Positions 1 through 8,537 of a stretch of 40,347 nt of DNA are shown here, one piece after another. Numbering within the stretch: position 1 is the first letter of the stretch; every line of letters starts with the position of its first letter. The stretch is from the IMG/VR virus record IMGVR_UViG_3300049442_000178; one strand, 5' to 3'. The notes beneath the pieces were generated by a model. That model was not told the origin of the DNA, did not search any database, and was given only the letters and a program-made list of their open reading frames with translations. The DNA is from a virus. Made by a program: the position numbers and the translations under genes.

Positions 1-127
1 ATGTCGGTCCTGCCATGGGCCGCAGCATCAAAGGCGTGGCCAATGCGCTCTACTCCCCCACGCCGCCCTCGGCCGCGCTGCAGGACGCGCTGGTGTGCTG
101 GCTAGCGACCCCGGACCCCGCCCCCCC
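1..127. repeat. Terminal overlap, copy 1, identical to 40221-40347. Marks circular closure; unique genome length is 40220 bp.
   Basis: Direct comparison of the window ends. Both copies read atgtcggtcctgccatgggc ... ccggaccccgccccccc, 127/127 identical. A CDS reads through the junction. Confidence 0.95.
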
Positions 128-356
128 TTCAGCCGGCGAACCCCGCCTCCGCATGTGCGCCCCCTCCGCGAAAATTCCGGCGTCCGGGGAAGTTGTTAGT
201 CCCCGTATAACGGCGTGGGAATATCTGGTGATTCGTCTGCCGGATCATGACTGGGTGTGTCAGGCGGCGCTGCTGACGTTGCACGGGGAGGTTGGCTGGC
301 GTTTGGTGAGTGTATACGGGGGCGTTGCGTATCTGTGCCGGAAGGTGCCAGAATGA
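1..356 (+). CDS. 3' portion of the junction-spanning CDS (starts GTG 40124; 150 aa on the closed circle). HTH-like N-terminus with a DUF4177-like C-terminus.
   Basis: ORF 15..356 is in frame with 40124..40347 through the overlap (224+229 nt = 151 codons). MRITDVGPAMGRSIKGVANALYS looks like a helix-turn-helix. C-terminal ITAWEYLVIRL...HGEVGWRLVSVYGGVAYLCRKV resembles the WEYKV...GWELV pattern of DUF4177. Confidence 0.6.
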   Translation, partial: VGPAMGRSIKGVANALYSPTPPSAALQDALVCWLATPDPAPPSAGEPRLRMCAPSAKIPASGEVVSPRITAWEYLVIRLPDHDWVCQAALLTLHGEVGWRLVSVYGGVAYLCRKVPE

Positions 357-377
357 CGCTGGATGGTGGGGGTTTGC

Positions 378-1082
378 ATGAAGCATCTATTTCTCGCTGC
401 CGCTTTGCTGGCCGCCTTGCCGTTCGCGCGGGCGAACGCCATTCTGCAATTTTCGGCGGATGTAAACGGCAACGTGTTCAGCTGCGTGGATAATACCGGC
501 TGCGACACCAACCCTGCCGTGGGGACGATCACGACCGGGACGCTGACTTTCGGTGCGCTGACCTTCCTCGGCAGCGCCCAGACGCAGACCACCGGCGCCA
601 CCAACACCCTCGATACCACATCGTTTCAGATTACCAATTCTGGCGCGGCCCCCGCACCGATATCGATTGCTGTTGGCGGCACCGACTTTACTGGTCCGGT
701 TACGACGCTGAGCGAGAGCGCCTCGGGGACGTGGCAGAATGCGGCGGGCAGCACGATCGACAACTCGTTCTACGCCGATCACGCGAACACGGAGGGAGCT
801 AACACTCCGACCGACCACCCCGGTGTATTGCAGGCCGACAGCGGCGTTATTACTGCGAGCGGACTTACCGACTCGTTCTCCTTCAACGCGTTTTCATCGT
901 TCGTTGACCCTGATCTTTACTCGATGACCTTGCAGACCGTGGGCACCCTCACGGGTAACGGCGGGCAGCTCACCGGGCGTTCGCAGGCGATCGTCGCGGT
1001 CAACACGCCGGAGCCCGCCTCTCTTGCGCTCCTTGGGTTTGGTTTGGTGACGCTGGGTTTTATTCGTTGTTCCCGCGTTTGA
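378..1082 (+). CDS. Secreted PEP-CTERM-anchored protein (phage moron).
   Basis: Signal peptide MKHLFLAAALLAALPFARANA with an A-N-A cleavage motif. The extreme C-terminus TPEPASLALLGFGLVTLGFIRCSRV has PEP, a hydrophobic helix and a basic tail, which is the PEP-CTERM sorting signal. I preferred ATG 378 over ATG 363 because the signal peptide starts there. Confidence 0.8.
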   Translation: MKHLFLAAALLAALPFARANAILQFSADVNGNVFSCVDNTGCDTNPAVGTITTGTLTFGALTFLGSAQTQTTGATNTLDTTSFQITNSGAAPAPISIAVGGTDFTGPVTTLSESASGTWQNAAGSTIDNSFYADHANTEGANTPTDHPGVLQADSGVITASGLTDSFSFNAFSSFVDPDLYSMTLQTVGTLTGNGGQLTGRSQAIVAVNTPEPASLALLGFGLVTLGFIRCSRV

Positions 1083-1217
1083 ATTGCTGCCGTATCATGA
1101 TGAATCGCGTGCGTCGCGTCGTGTGTATCGTTGGCGGTTGTTTATTGCGGGCTTGATTAGCGTGGTATTGGCGGCGCTGGTGGTGCTGACGATAATTCTG
1201 CTTTCACAATAGGAGTT

Positions 1218-1598
1218 ATGACGATGGCCGCGCCTTTTCTAGCTACGATCACGTTGCTTGGTGGTGGGGCGCAGCCGAAGGGCGGCACGACTCATCTTGC
1301 CCTGATTACGCCTCTCGGTGGCGGTCACGCCGATGCTGGTCTTCCGGGTTGGTCTGGTCCGGTCGACCCTGGTTACGGTCATCCGGACGGCGGCATTCCG
1401 GTGCATCCGTCGCAGGGGCTGCCGTGGGACCCTGCCCGTCCCGACAACGGCGTTCCTGTACCGCCTGAGACGTGGCCGGCCCAGCCGCCCCCGCCGCTCC
1501 CGCCCCACCTCGAGGATCAGGTGATTGTAGCCATCCACAGGCCGGGAGTCACCGAATGGACGGTGAAGGCCTATCCGGTGGCGTCGCCGAAGGTCTAG
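1218..1598 (+). CDS. Hypothetical Pro/Gly-rich protein.
   Basis: ORF with AGGAG about 7 nt upstream of the ATG. High third-position GC. No recognisable domain. Confidence 0.5.
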   Translation: MTMAAPFLATITLLGGGAQPKGGTTHLALITPLGGGHADAGLPGWSGPVDPGYGHPDGGIPVHPSQGLPWDPARPDNGVPVPPETWPAQPPPPLPPHLEDQVIVAIHRPGVTEWTVKAYPVASPKV

Positions 1599-1600
1599 TG

Positions 1601-1834
1601 ATGAGCGATGGTCCGGGCAAGGATTCGCCCGGCCTTGCGCATGGCGGTTTGCGGCTGGTCGGGCAGGTTACGGAGATGTTGGGCCCGCACCTGACGACGT
1701 TAGTTATACTCAACGTGTTGATATTAGGTGGGTTAGGTTGGTACATCAATGCGCGTGCGCAGCACACGGCGCGGCTGTTGGAGGACACGAGTCACCAGTT
1801 GACGGCGTGTTTGGAGGGTAGGCGTGGGTCGTGA
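1601..1834 (+). CDS. Small single-pass membrane protein (77 aa).
   Basis: ATG 1601 lies 2 nt after the upstream TAG. Hydrophobic span LTTLVILNVLILGGLGWYI. The 3' end overlaps the terL start (GTGA). Confidence 0.5.
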   Translation: MSDGPGKDSPGLAHGGLRLVGQVTEMLGPHLTTLVILNVLILGGLGWYINARAQHTARLLEDTSHQLTACLEGRRGS

Positions 1835-3258
1835 CTGAGTGGGGCACGGCGATAGCGGGTGCGGAGAATCCGTTTGCGGTAGCGATAGAGCGGTATGGCC
1901 GTGCCCCGGTAGGGTTTGTGCGGGAGGTATTGGGGGCAGAGCCTGATGCGTGGCAGTTGGCGGCGTTGCAGGCGTTGGCGCGGGGTCACACGCGGATTGC
2001 GATACGATCTGGCCATGGTGTGGGCAAGACGGCGTTTGCGGCCTGGGCGATGACGTGGTTCGCGAACACACGCAGTCCGTTCAAGGTGGCGGTGACGGCC
2101 CCGACCGCGCCCCAACTCTTCGATGCGTTGTGGCCCGAACTCGTCAAGTGGTTCAATTTGTTGCCGGCGGACTGGCGGAGGCTTTGGGACATCACATCGG
2201 ATCACATCACGCTGCGCGGCGACCAGGAGTGTTTCATCACGGCCAGGACGAGCAGATCCGACACGCCCGAGGCGATGGCGGGGCTGCACAGCCAACACGT
2301 GCTGTTGGTTGCGGACGAGGCCTCGGGCATTGACGAGGCTGTATATGAGGCTGCGGGGGGAAGCATGAGCAGCCCCGGCGCGATAACTCTGCTGATCGGC
2401 AACCCGACCCGTTCCACCGGATTTTTTTGGCGTTGTCATGTGATGGAGCGGGACCGGTGGTTCACGATGCGGGTGAGCAGCGCGGACAGTCCGCGTGTGG
2501 CCAAGGCGTTCGTGGAGGAGTTGGAGCAGCGGTATGGCGTGGACTCGAATGCGTATCGGGTGCGCGTTCTCGGGGAGTTTCCTGCTGCCGATGCTGACAC
2601 GCTCATAAGCGCTTCCCTTGTTGACTCAGCGATGGTGCGGGACATTCCTTTGGACACCTCGGCGCCCGAGATTTGGGGTGTGGACGTGGCGAGATTTGGC
2701 ACGGATGCGAGTGTCCTGGTGAAGCGGCGCGGGTCGGTGGTCACTGAGATGCCGCGGCGGTGGCGGAACATCGACACGATGATGCTGGCGGGGGCGGTGA
2801 AGGCCGAGTTCGATGCGTCTCTCAATGCCAAGCCTGCGCTGATTGTCATCGATGTGATCGGGATTGGCGCGGGGGTGGTGGACCGGCTGCACGAGCAGAA
2901 TCTGCCGATACTGGGGCTGAACGTGGCGGAATCGCCGAGTGTGACGGGGCGATATGCGCGGTTGCGGGACGAATTGTGGGTGCGGTGCCGGGAGTGGTTG
3001 GAGACGCGATCGGTCCGGTTGCCCAGGGATGATCAGTTGCGGGAGGACCTGGTGTCGCCGCGATATTCGTTCCTGAGCGATGGGCGGCTTCAGGTTGAGT
3101 CCAAGAGCCTGATGCGGAGCCGGGGGCGGCCGAGCCCGGACGCGGCGGATGCGTTGAATCTGACGTTTGCCGAGCAGGGCCTCGGGATCGGGTCTGGGAT
3201 GACATCGGGGCTGCACGGCGGGGCGGCGATGCGGATGGAATTGGCGGGGATGGAATGA
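1831..3258 (+). CDS. terL: Terminase large subunit.
   Basis: Walker A SGHGVGKTAF, Walker B LLVADEASGI, coupling motif LIGNPT. The C-terminal nuclease-type segment is WGVDVARFGTDASVL ... PDAADALNL. Length 475 aa, immediately upstream of the portal gene. Confidence 0.9.
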   Translation: MTEWGTAIAGAENPFAVAIERYGRAPVGFVREVLGAEPDAWQLAALQALARGHTRIAIRSGHGVGKTAFAAWAMTWFANTRSPFKVAVTAPTAPQLFDALWPELVKWFNLLPADWRRLWDITSDHITLRGDQECFITARTSRSDTPEAMAGLHSQHVLLVADEASGIDEAVYEAAGGSMSSPGAITLLIGNPTRSTGFFWRCHVMERDRWFTMRVSSADSPRVAKAFVEELEQRYGVDSNAYRVRVLGEFPAADADTLISASLVDSAMVRDIPLDTSAPEIWGVDVARFGTDASVLVKRRGSVVTEMPRRWRNIDTMMLAGAVKAEFDASLNAKPALIVIDVIGIGAGVVDRLHEQNLPILGLNVAESPSVTGRYARLRDELWVRCREWLETRSVRLPRDDQLREDLVSPRYSFLSDGRLQVESKSLMRSRGRPSPDAADALNLTFAEQGLGIGSGMTSGLHGGAAMRMELAGME

Positions 3259-5990
3259 GCGACGCAGTCGGATTCGGTTCTGGCGTGCCCGGCATCCCGA
3301 CGGGTGCGCCGGGACTTGGCGGGGGGCCGCTCCCTGCGACGGCTGGCCCCCCGCCAATGCCCCCGCTGCCGGGTCTGATTCCACCCGGGGCGATGCGGCC
3401 GACGGGTTTGAATCTGGGGAGCGAGCAGGTGCTCGCTTTTTTAATGAAGAACCCGCGCGAGCCGGATCCGGATGACAGCGACGACGCGCTGCCGACTGGA
3501 TTGCGTGCGTATGCGGCGGGGCTAAGGCCGGCCATTCGGCCCGAGGGTGTCGGGTGGCAGCAGGAGATCATTTACGAGAAGCTGGGCAAGACGGATCGGG
3601 AGATAGAAGAGGTTGCGCGGTATTATTTCAGCAACGCGATGAACTACGACGCGGCGCTGTCGCGGGAGCGGGTGACGGCGAGCCAGTACTATGCCGGTCG
3701 GCCGTTCGGGGACGGGAGCGAGCAATTCGGGCGATCACAACTGGTGATGACGGTGGTGCGGGATACGATCCGCTCCATGCTGCCATCGCTGCTCAGGGTA
3801 TTCACGGCGGTTGAGGACCCGGTGTCGTTTGAGCCGGCATCGTCCGAAATGCTCGGCAACGACCAGTTGGCGACGCTGCTGAGCCGACAGGCGACGGATT
3901 ATTGCCGGTGGGCGTTGTTCACGGCGAACCGGGGCTGGCAGGTGCTGCACGATTGCCTGCTGGACGCGCTGACGCGCAAGGCCGGGTGGGTGCGGTGGCA
4001 CTGGGGGGCGCGGCGACAGATCCGGACGGAAGTGTGCGAGGGGCTGCTGCAGCCGCAGCTTCAGTTGCTGTTGGCCGAGCCGGGGATTCAGGCGCAACGG
4101 ATAGTCAGAAGGCCGATGACGCAAGGCGAAATCCAATCTCTGCAAAAGACCGCTGACGGCCAGATGTGGCTGGGGCAGGGCGGTGCCCCCGAATATTGGT
4201 CTGCGACGATTACCCGTTCGGCCCAGCAGGCGTGGCCGATCGTCGAGGCGGTGCCGGCGGAGTGCATGTGGATCGATCCCGGTGCGACGACGATCGAGGA
4301 CGCGCGGAGCGTCTGGCATGTGCGGGACGTGACGGTATCTGAACTAATAGAAATGGGACTTCCTGAGGATAAGGTGTTGGCGCACCGCGATGTCATGATG
4401 CGCTCTCAACAACGCAGAGAACTCATTGCCCGGAACGAGGCGGCGGGGCGGAACATCGGATCAAGCCCGCCGATCGATCAGAGCATGGCGTACGTGCGCT
4501 ATTGCGAGGGGTGGATTCGGGCGGACGCGGACAACGACAACCGGGCAGAGCTGATCCATGTCCATATGCTCGGGAACGCGACGAGCCTGGTGCAGTGGGA
4601 GCGCGTGGACGAGATACCGGCAGCGTGTTTCACGCCGTATCGGGAGCCGGGGCGGGTGATCGGTTCGTCTGTCGCCGACATGGTGATGGACCTGCAGAAG
4701 ACCGAGTCGCGGGTCATGCGGGCGGTGCTGGACAGCCTCGGGCAGGCGATGTTCCCCCGCACGAGTGTCGTTCTCGGGCAGGCCAATCTGGCCGATGTGC
4801 GGCAGACGGCGATCGGGGCCATTATCCGGGTCGCGCAGCAGGGCGCGGTGCAGGAGTTGACGAAGCCGTTTACCGGCAAGGAGGCGCTGCCGGTCCTCGA
4901 AGTCCTCGAAGCTGTGCGGGAATCCCGCACGGGGATCACGCGGGCGAGCCAGGGCCTGACGGTGGACGAACTGCAGTCGACGGCACCGCTCGCTGTTTCA
5001 CAGCAAACATCGGCCGCGCAGGACAGACTCGACATGGTCGCGCGGACGCTCGCCGAAACCGGGCTGGCGCCGCTGTATACGGGCTTGCTGCGGATGATGG
5101 CGCGGCAGCAGGACCGGCCGAACGTGGTGCGGATACGCGGTGCGTGGGTGTCGATCGACCCGCGGGCCCTGGCGACGATGTGGGAAACGTCGGTGAACGT
5201 GGGCGGCAAGGGAATGCCGGCCGAGCGCATGGCGCTGCTTGGCCAGATAGCGGCGAAGCAGGAAATGTTGGTGGCGCAGTTGGGCATCGCTAACCCGCTG
5301 GTGGGCATCCCCGAATATCGGAACACGATGGCGCGGATGCTGGAGACGGCGGGCATCAGCGACGTGAGCAGCTACTTTAAAATGCTGCCGCCGGGGTTCC
5401 AGCCGCCGCCGCAACCGCCCCCGCCGCCGAACACGGATTTGATCCTCGCCCAGGTGCAGGGCCAGAAGACCGCGGCCGATGTCGAGAACACGAGGGCCGA
5501 TCAGCAGACGAAGCGGGCGCAGTTGCTGCTGGAGGACGACCGGGAGCGGGACAAGGCGGCGCTCGATGCGTGGACGCGGACGTGGGTGGCCGCCGCGCAG
5601 TATGGATCGCCGGCGCCGAGCCTCGACGAGTTCCGCACCGCCATGGCCTCGCGGGTAACCCCCGCCGTGGGCATGCTGGGGGATCTGCCGACACCGAGCA
5701 GCCCGATGCCGCCGGCGACGGCTCCCGGTGCGCGCCCGCCGCCTCCACAGGGCCCGCCAGGGATGCCGCCACGGCCGGGGATGCCACGGCCTGCTGGAGT
5801 TGGAGCGCCGGCCGCGCCGAGCATGTCGCCCCCCATGCCGCCCGATGCCGCCACGGCGATGGCCGTGAAGGGGGCGTTGATGGGCAGAGGGCTCCCGAGC
5901 GCATACGGCCAGATCGCGAATCGGGCGATGGCCGGGGCGGTGGCGGGGCCGGGCGGGCCGGTGTTGCCGGGAGGGGCGGGCGGTGTTTGA
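3255..5990 (+). CDS. Portal protein with low-complexity Gly/Pro-rich N- and C-terminal extensions.
   Basis: ATGA overlap with terL. The core (about aa 110-700) shows portal-like segments ASQYYAGRPFGD...VMTVVRDTIRSMLPSLLRVF...VSFEP. Position is between terL and scaffold. 911 aa. Confidence 0.75.
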   Translation: MSDAVGFGSGVPGIPTGAPGLGGGPLPATAGPPPMPPLPGLIPPGAMRPTGLNLGSEQVLAFLMKNPREPDPDDSDDALPTGLRAYAAGLRPAIRPEGVGWQQEIIYEKLGKTDREIEEVARYYFSNAMNYDAALSRERVTASQYYAGRPFGDGSEQFGRSQLVMTVVRDTIRSMLPSLLRVFTAVEDPVSFEPASSEMLGNDQLATLLSRQATDYCRWALFTANRGWQVLHDCLLDALTRKAGWVRWHWGARRQIRTEVCEGLLQPQLQLLLAEPGIQAQRIVRRPMTQGEIQSLQKTADGQMWLGQGGAPEYWSATITRSAQQAWPIVEAVPAECMWIDPGATTIEDARSVWHVRDVTVSELIEMGLPEDKVLAHRDVMMRSQQRRELIARNEAAGRNIGSSPPIDQSMAYVRYCEGWIRADADNDNRAELIHVHMLGNATSLVQWERVDEIPAACFTPYREPGRVIGSSVADMVMDLQKTESRVMRAVLDSLGQAMFPRTSVVLGQANLADVRQTAIGAIIRVAQQGAVQELTKPFTGKEALPVLEVLEAVRESRTGITRASQGLTVDELQSTAPLAVSQQTSAAQDRLDMVARTLAETGLAPLYTGLLRMMARQQDRPNVVRIRGAWVSIDPRALATMWETSVNVGGKGMPAERMALLGQIAAKQEMLVAQLGIANPLVGIPEYRNTMARMLETAGISDVSSYFKMLPPGFQPPPQPPPPPNTDLILAQVQGQKTAADVENTRADQQTKRAQLLLEDDRERDKAALDAWTRTWVAAAQYGSPAPSLDEFRTAMASRVTPAVGMLGDLPTPSSPMPPATAPGARPPPPQGPPGMPPRPGMPRPAGVGAPAAPSMSPPMPPDAATAMAVKGALMGRGLPSAYGQIANRAMAGAVAGPGGPVLPGGAGGV

Positions 5991-6255
5991 CGGGATTCAA
6001 TCGCCGAAGCGGCGGATCACTACACGCGAGGGGCGGACGCTATTGCGACGTGCGGACGCGATTTGCGAGGCGGAATGGCAGGTTGAGTTGGCGCAGCGCC
6101 GTGTGCTGCGTATTGCGCGCCATCATCAGCGCTACGTGGCCAAGCTGAACCATCGGCTCGGCTGCAGAGGCGCCACGGGCGATGATCTGATAACGGAATG
6201 GTTGGTGCAGGAGCTGCGCATCGATATTCCGGAGCCGGGAGCGCAGGGAGGGTGA
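5983..6255 (+). CDS. Hypothetical protein (90 aa).
   Basis: GTG start overlapping the portal 3' end. Acceptable codon bias. No domain recognised. Confidence 0.45.
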   Translation: MFDGIQSPKRRITTREGRTLLRRADAICEAEWQVELAQRRVLRIARHHQRYVAKLNHRLGCRGATGDDLITEWLVQELRIDIPEPGAQGG

Positions 6256-6256
6256 C

Positions 6257-6421
6257 ATGAGCCTGCTGGGCGTCGTGCTGCTGGTCGTGCTCCTGGTGCT
6301 GCTGCTCGGGGGCGGATTCGGGTTCGGCGTCTACCAGGGGCCGTATGCCTATCACTACGGCGGCGGGCTGGGGCTGATCCTGATCGTCGTACTCGTCCTG
6401 CTGCTGATGGGGAGGCTGTGA
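6257..6421 (+). CDS. DUF3309-like small membrane protein (54 aa); not in the supplied ORF track.
   Basis: My own translation: MSLLGVVLLVVLLVLLLGGGFGFGVYQGPYAYHYGGGLGLILIVVLVLLLMGRL. It has two hydrophobic helices and a G/Y-rich loop ending LLLMGRL, as in DUF3309 proteins. ATG lies 1 nt after the upstream stop. Confidence 0.6.
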   Translation: MSLLGVVLLVVLLVLLLGGGFGFGVYQGPYAYHYGGGLGLILIVVLVLLLMGRL

Positions 6422-6597
6422 TGGGCATCGGCGAGATATTCTGGGTCCTGATGTTGATCTGGATCGTGTTCGGGTTCTGGGGCCTCTACACGCCGCAGGG
6501 CGCGGTCTACTGGCCACGCGGAAACATGGTGTTGTTGTTCGTGCTGCTGTTCCTGCTCGGTTGGCACTCGTTCGGCTTCATGATTAGGGGGCAGTGA
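6421..6597 (+). CDS. Small two-helix membrane protein (58 aa); not in the supplied ORF track.
   Basis: My own translation: MGIGEIFWVLMLIWIVFGFWGLYTPQGAVYWPRGNMVLLFVLLFLLGWHSFGFMIRGQ. TGATG overlap with the previous gene. Confidence 0.55.
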   Translation: MGIGEIFWVLMLIWIVFGFWGLYTPQGAVYWPRGNMVLLFVLLFLLGWHSFGFMIRGQ

Positions 6598-6855
6598 GTG
6601 CCGCTAACGACTGAACAGATGACGGCGGCGACGGCAGCGCAGCGGTTGCTCGCGGACGAGGGGCTGCGCGGCATCCTGAACCGGATCGTCGAGGACGCGG
6701 CGCAGAAGGCGGTGTTTGGCGATAGCGAGGCGGCGCGGGAGGCCAACCGGCAGCTGGTGCTGGCGATCAGCCGGATCCGGGGCGAACTGCAGGCCGATGC
6801 GGAACTGCCCGCAAGCGAGCGCGCGGCGGAAGCGGAAGCGAAGGCGTTTGAATAA
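6598..6855 (+). CDS. Hypothetical head-module protein (85 aa).
   Basis: GTG start directly after the upstream stop. Ala/Glu-rich and helical-looking. Stop overlaps the next ATG. Confidence 0.55.
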   Translation: MPLTTEQMTAATAAQRLLADEGLRGILNRIVEDAAQKAVFGDSEAAREANRQLVLAISRIRGELQADAELPASERAAEAEAKAFE

Positions 6856-7382
6856 TGGCAATCGAGGACGACAAGAACTTTCGCGACAGCGTCAATCTGG
6901 GCGCTTTCGATGCGACTGGGAACATGCAGGGGCAGATCGCCGCCGAGTATGGCGGGGCCGTTGATATCGGCGCTGGCGGTGGCCCCACCGGCCATGGCGG
7001 GTTTGATTTCGGCCTCGATCGAGGTCCGCGGGAGGGGGAGGTGTCGATGCAGGGCACCGGACTCCCGCACGCCGGGCAGCCCAGTTCGATTGGCAGCCTC
7101 GTCGGAACGGTTCTCGGCATTCCAGCTAACATGGTGGGCGGGCCGTTGGCCGGGTTGGCCGTCAAGGAGCTTGGAAAATACGGCCCTGGCATGTTCAACG
7201 AGATTACCGGCCGTGCCGGAGGGTCGATGCTCGGTCCCGGTGGAATGCCCGCTCCGGGCGAGATCGCCGCGGTGGGGCGTGGTGGGGGCGGCGGGCTGCT
7301 GGGGATCGGCAACGACATGACCAACGCCGACGCGCTCGCGGCGCTCTACACGCTGCTCATGGCCAAGCAGAAGGCGGCATAG
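6855..7382 (+). CDS. Hypothetical Gly-rich head-module protein (175 aa).
   Basis: ORF translationally coupled on both sides. Composition GGGPTGHGGFDFG...GRGGGGGLLGIG. No domain recognised. Confidence 0.55.
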   Translation: MAIEDDKNFRDSVNLGAFDATGNMQGQIAAEYGGAVDIGAGGGPTGHGGFDFGLDRGPREGEVSMQGTGLPHAGQPSSIGSLVGTVLGIPANMVGGPLAGLAVKELGKYGPGMFNEITGRAGGSMLGPGGMPAPGEIAAVGRGGGGGLLGIGNDMTNADALAALYTLLMAKQKAA

Positions 7383-7385
7383 CCA

Positions 7386-8495
7386 ATGTCCGAATCCACC
7401 AGCACACCGGCCCCGGCAGCCCCGGCACAGGGACCAGATGCGGCGCCCGCCACCGCCCCGCCCCCGGTCTCCCAGCCCCGCCTCGGCGTCTCCGAAGCCG
7501 CCCGGCTGCTGAGCCAGCAGCGGAGGGCAGCCGCGCCACCGGGAACGCCTCCCGCAGCACCCGCGGAGCCCGTGCGCAAGCCGTCCCCGAATGAGGTGGC
7601 GGCCACGGCGGCCGAGGCGGCGAAGCCCGAGGCGTCGGTGAAGTCCCCACCCCCCGTGGCTCCGCCGAAGGCTGGCCCGGACGGCCTCAGCGCCATCGAT
7701 CGCGCCCTCGGCGTGCCAGGCGAGGCGCCCGCGCCCCTGCAGCAGCCCGATACCGGGCCGGCGATCGAAATCGAGGGACAGCGCTACACCCAGGCTCAGC
7801 TCGCCGCGGCAGTGCGGCAAGCCGCGGACTACACCCAGAAAACGCAGGCGCTTGCCGAGCAGCACCGCCAGCTCCAGGCGCAGCAACAGGCCCTGGCCCA
7901 GGTGCTGCCCTACATTCAGCCCGAACTGGCCAGGCTGGGCGAGATCGTCGGTGCCCAGGCACAGAAGCCGGATATCGCCCTGATGCAGCAGGACCCGCAA
8001 CGGTATTTCACCGAATTGCACCGCTTCGAGCAGATCCGCGCCGAGCAGGAACGCCTCGGCGGGCTGACACGTATCCAGGCCGAGGCGGCCGAGCGGGCCA
8101 TGGCCCAGCAGGTGGCGGTGGCCAACGAGCAATTGGCGAAGGAATTTCCGTTCTGGGGGGATCAGAAGGAGCGAACCGCCGCGCAGCAACAGATCGTCGA
8201 GTGGGCCACGACGAAGGGAGGGTTCACGAGGGACGAACTGCGCGGCTTGTCGGACCCGCGGGCATTGAAGTTGATGATGAAATCAATGCAGTTCGATAAA
8301 TGGGTGTCAGGGACGAGGACATCCGCCCCGGCCCAGACGACGAACGCCCCCGTGCGCGGGACCGCCCCGCCGCCGGCACCGACCGAACGCGTCAGCGTGG
8401 CAACGCAGGATTTTGAGGCGAAGCCATCTATCCGCAGCGGCGCCGCACTCCTGGCCGCCAGGCGAGCCAATACCAACGGCGCGGGAAGGCGTTGA
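7386..8495 (+). CDS. Putative scaffolding protein.
   Basis: Lies between portal and major capsid. Has an Ala/Pro-rich N-terminus followed by long Q/A/E/L-rich coiled-coil-like stretches (QKTQALAEQHRQLQAQQQALAQV..., RIQAEAAERAMAQQVAVANEQLAKE). Confidence 0.55.
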   Translation: MSESTSTPAPAAPAQGPDAAPATAPPPVSQPRLGVSEAARLLSQQRRAAAPPGTPPAAPAEPVRKPSPNEVAATAAEAAKPEASVKSPPPVAPPKAGPDGLSAIDRALGVPGEAPAPLQQPDTGPAIEIEGQRYTQAQLAAAVRQAADYTQKTQALAEQHRQLQAQQQALAQVLPYIQPELARLGEIVGAQAQKPDIALMQQDPQRYFTELHRFEQIRAEQERLGGLTRIQAEAAERAMAQQVAVANEQLAKEFPFWGDQKERTAAQQQIVEWATTKGGFTRDELRGLSDPRALKLMMKSMQFDKWVSGTRTSAPAQTTNAPVRGTAPPPAPTERVSVATQDFEAKPSIRSGAALLAARRANTNGAGRR

Positions 8496-8537
8496 CAGCG
8501 TGTCCGCCCATCGCATAATTTAGACGAGTCGCCCGAA

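Noticed and set aside
1-127. Terminal repeat as a biological element (DTR, LTR or IS end).
   Set aside because: The length equals a common maximal assembler k-mer. The repeat lies inside a continuous CDS, and there are no inverted repeats or a transposase. An assembly closure signature is more likely, though a physical DTR cannot be excluded without reads.
1083-1217. Mini-ORFs MMNRVRRVVCIVGGCLLRA and a TTG-start hydrophobic peptide (LISVVLAALVVLTIILLSQ) after the PEP-CTERM gene.
   Set aside because: There is no convincing Shine-Dalgarno, the ORFs are very short and one has a non-standard start. They cannot be supported from sequence alone.
6507-8189. 560-aa ORF on the minus strand, the longest antisense ORF. 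Similar long antisense ORFs lie at 23223-24305, 24463-25632, 33186-34085 and 34161-35189.
   Set aside because: All lie opposite well-supported plus-strand genes. Their translations are Arg/Gly/Pro/Leu-rich low-complexity sequence with no motifs. Long stop-free antisense frames are expected in DNA of about 65% GC.
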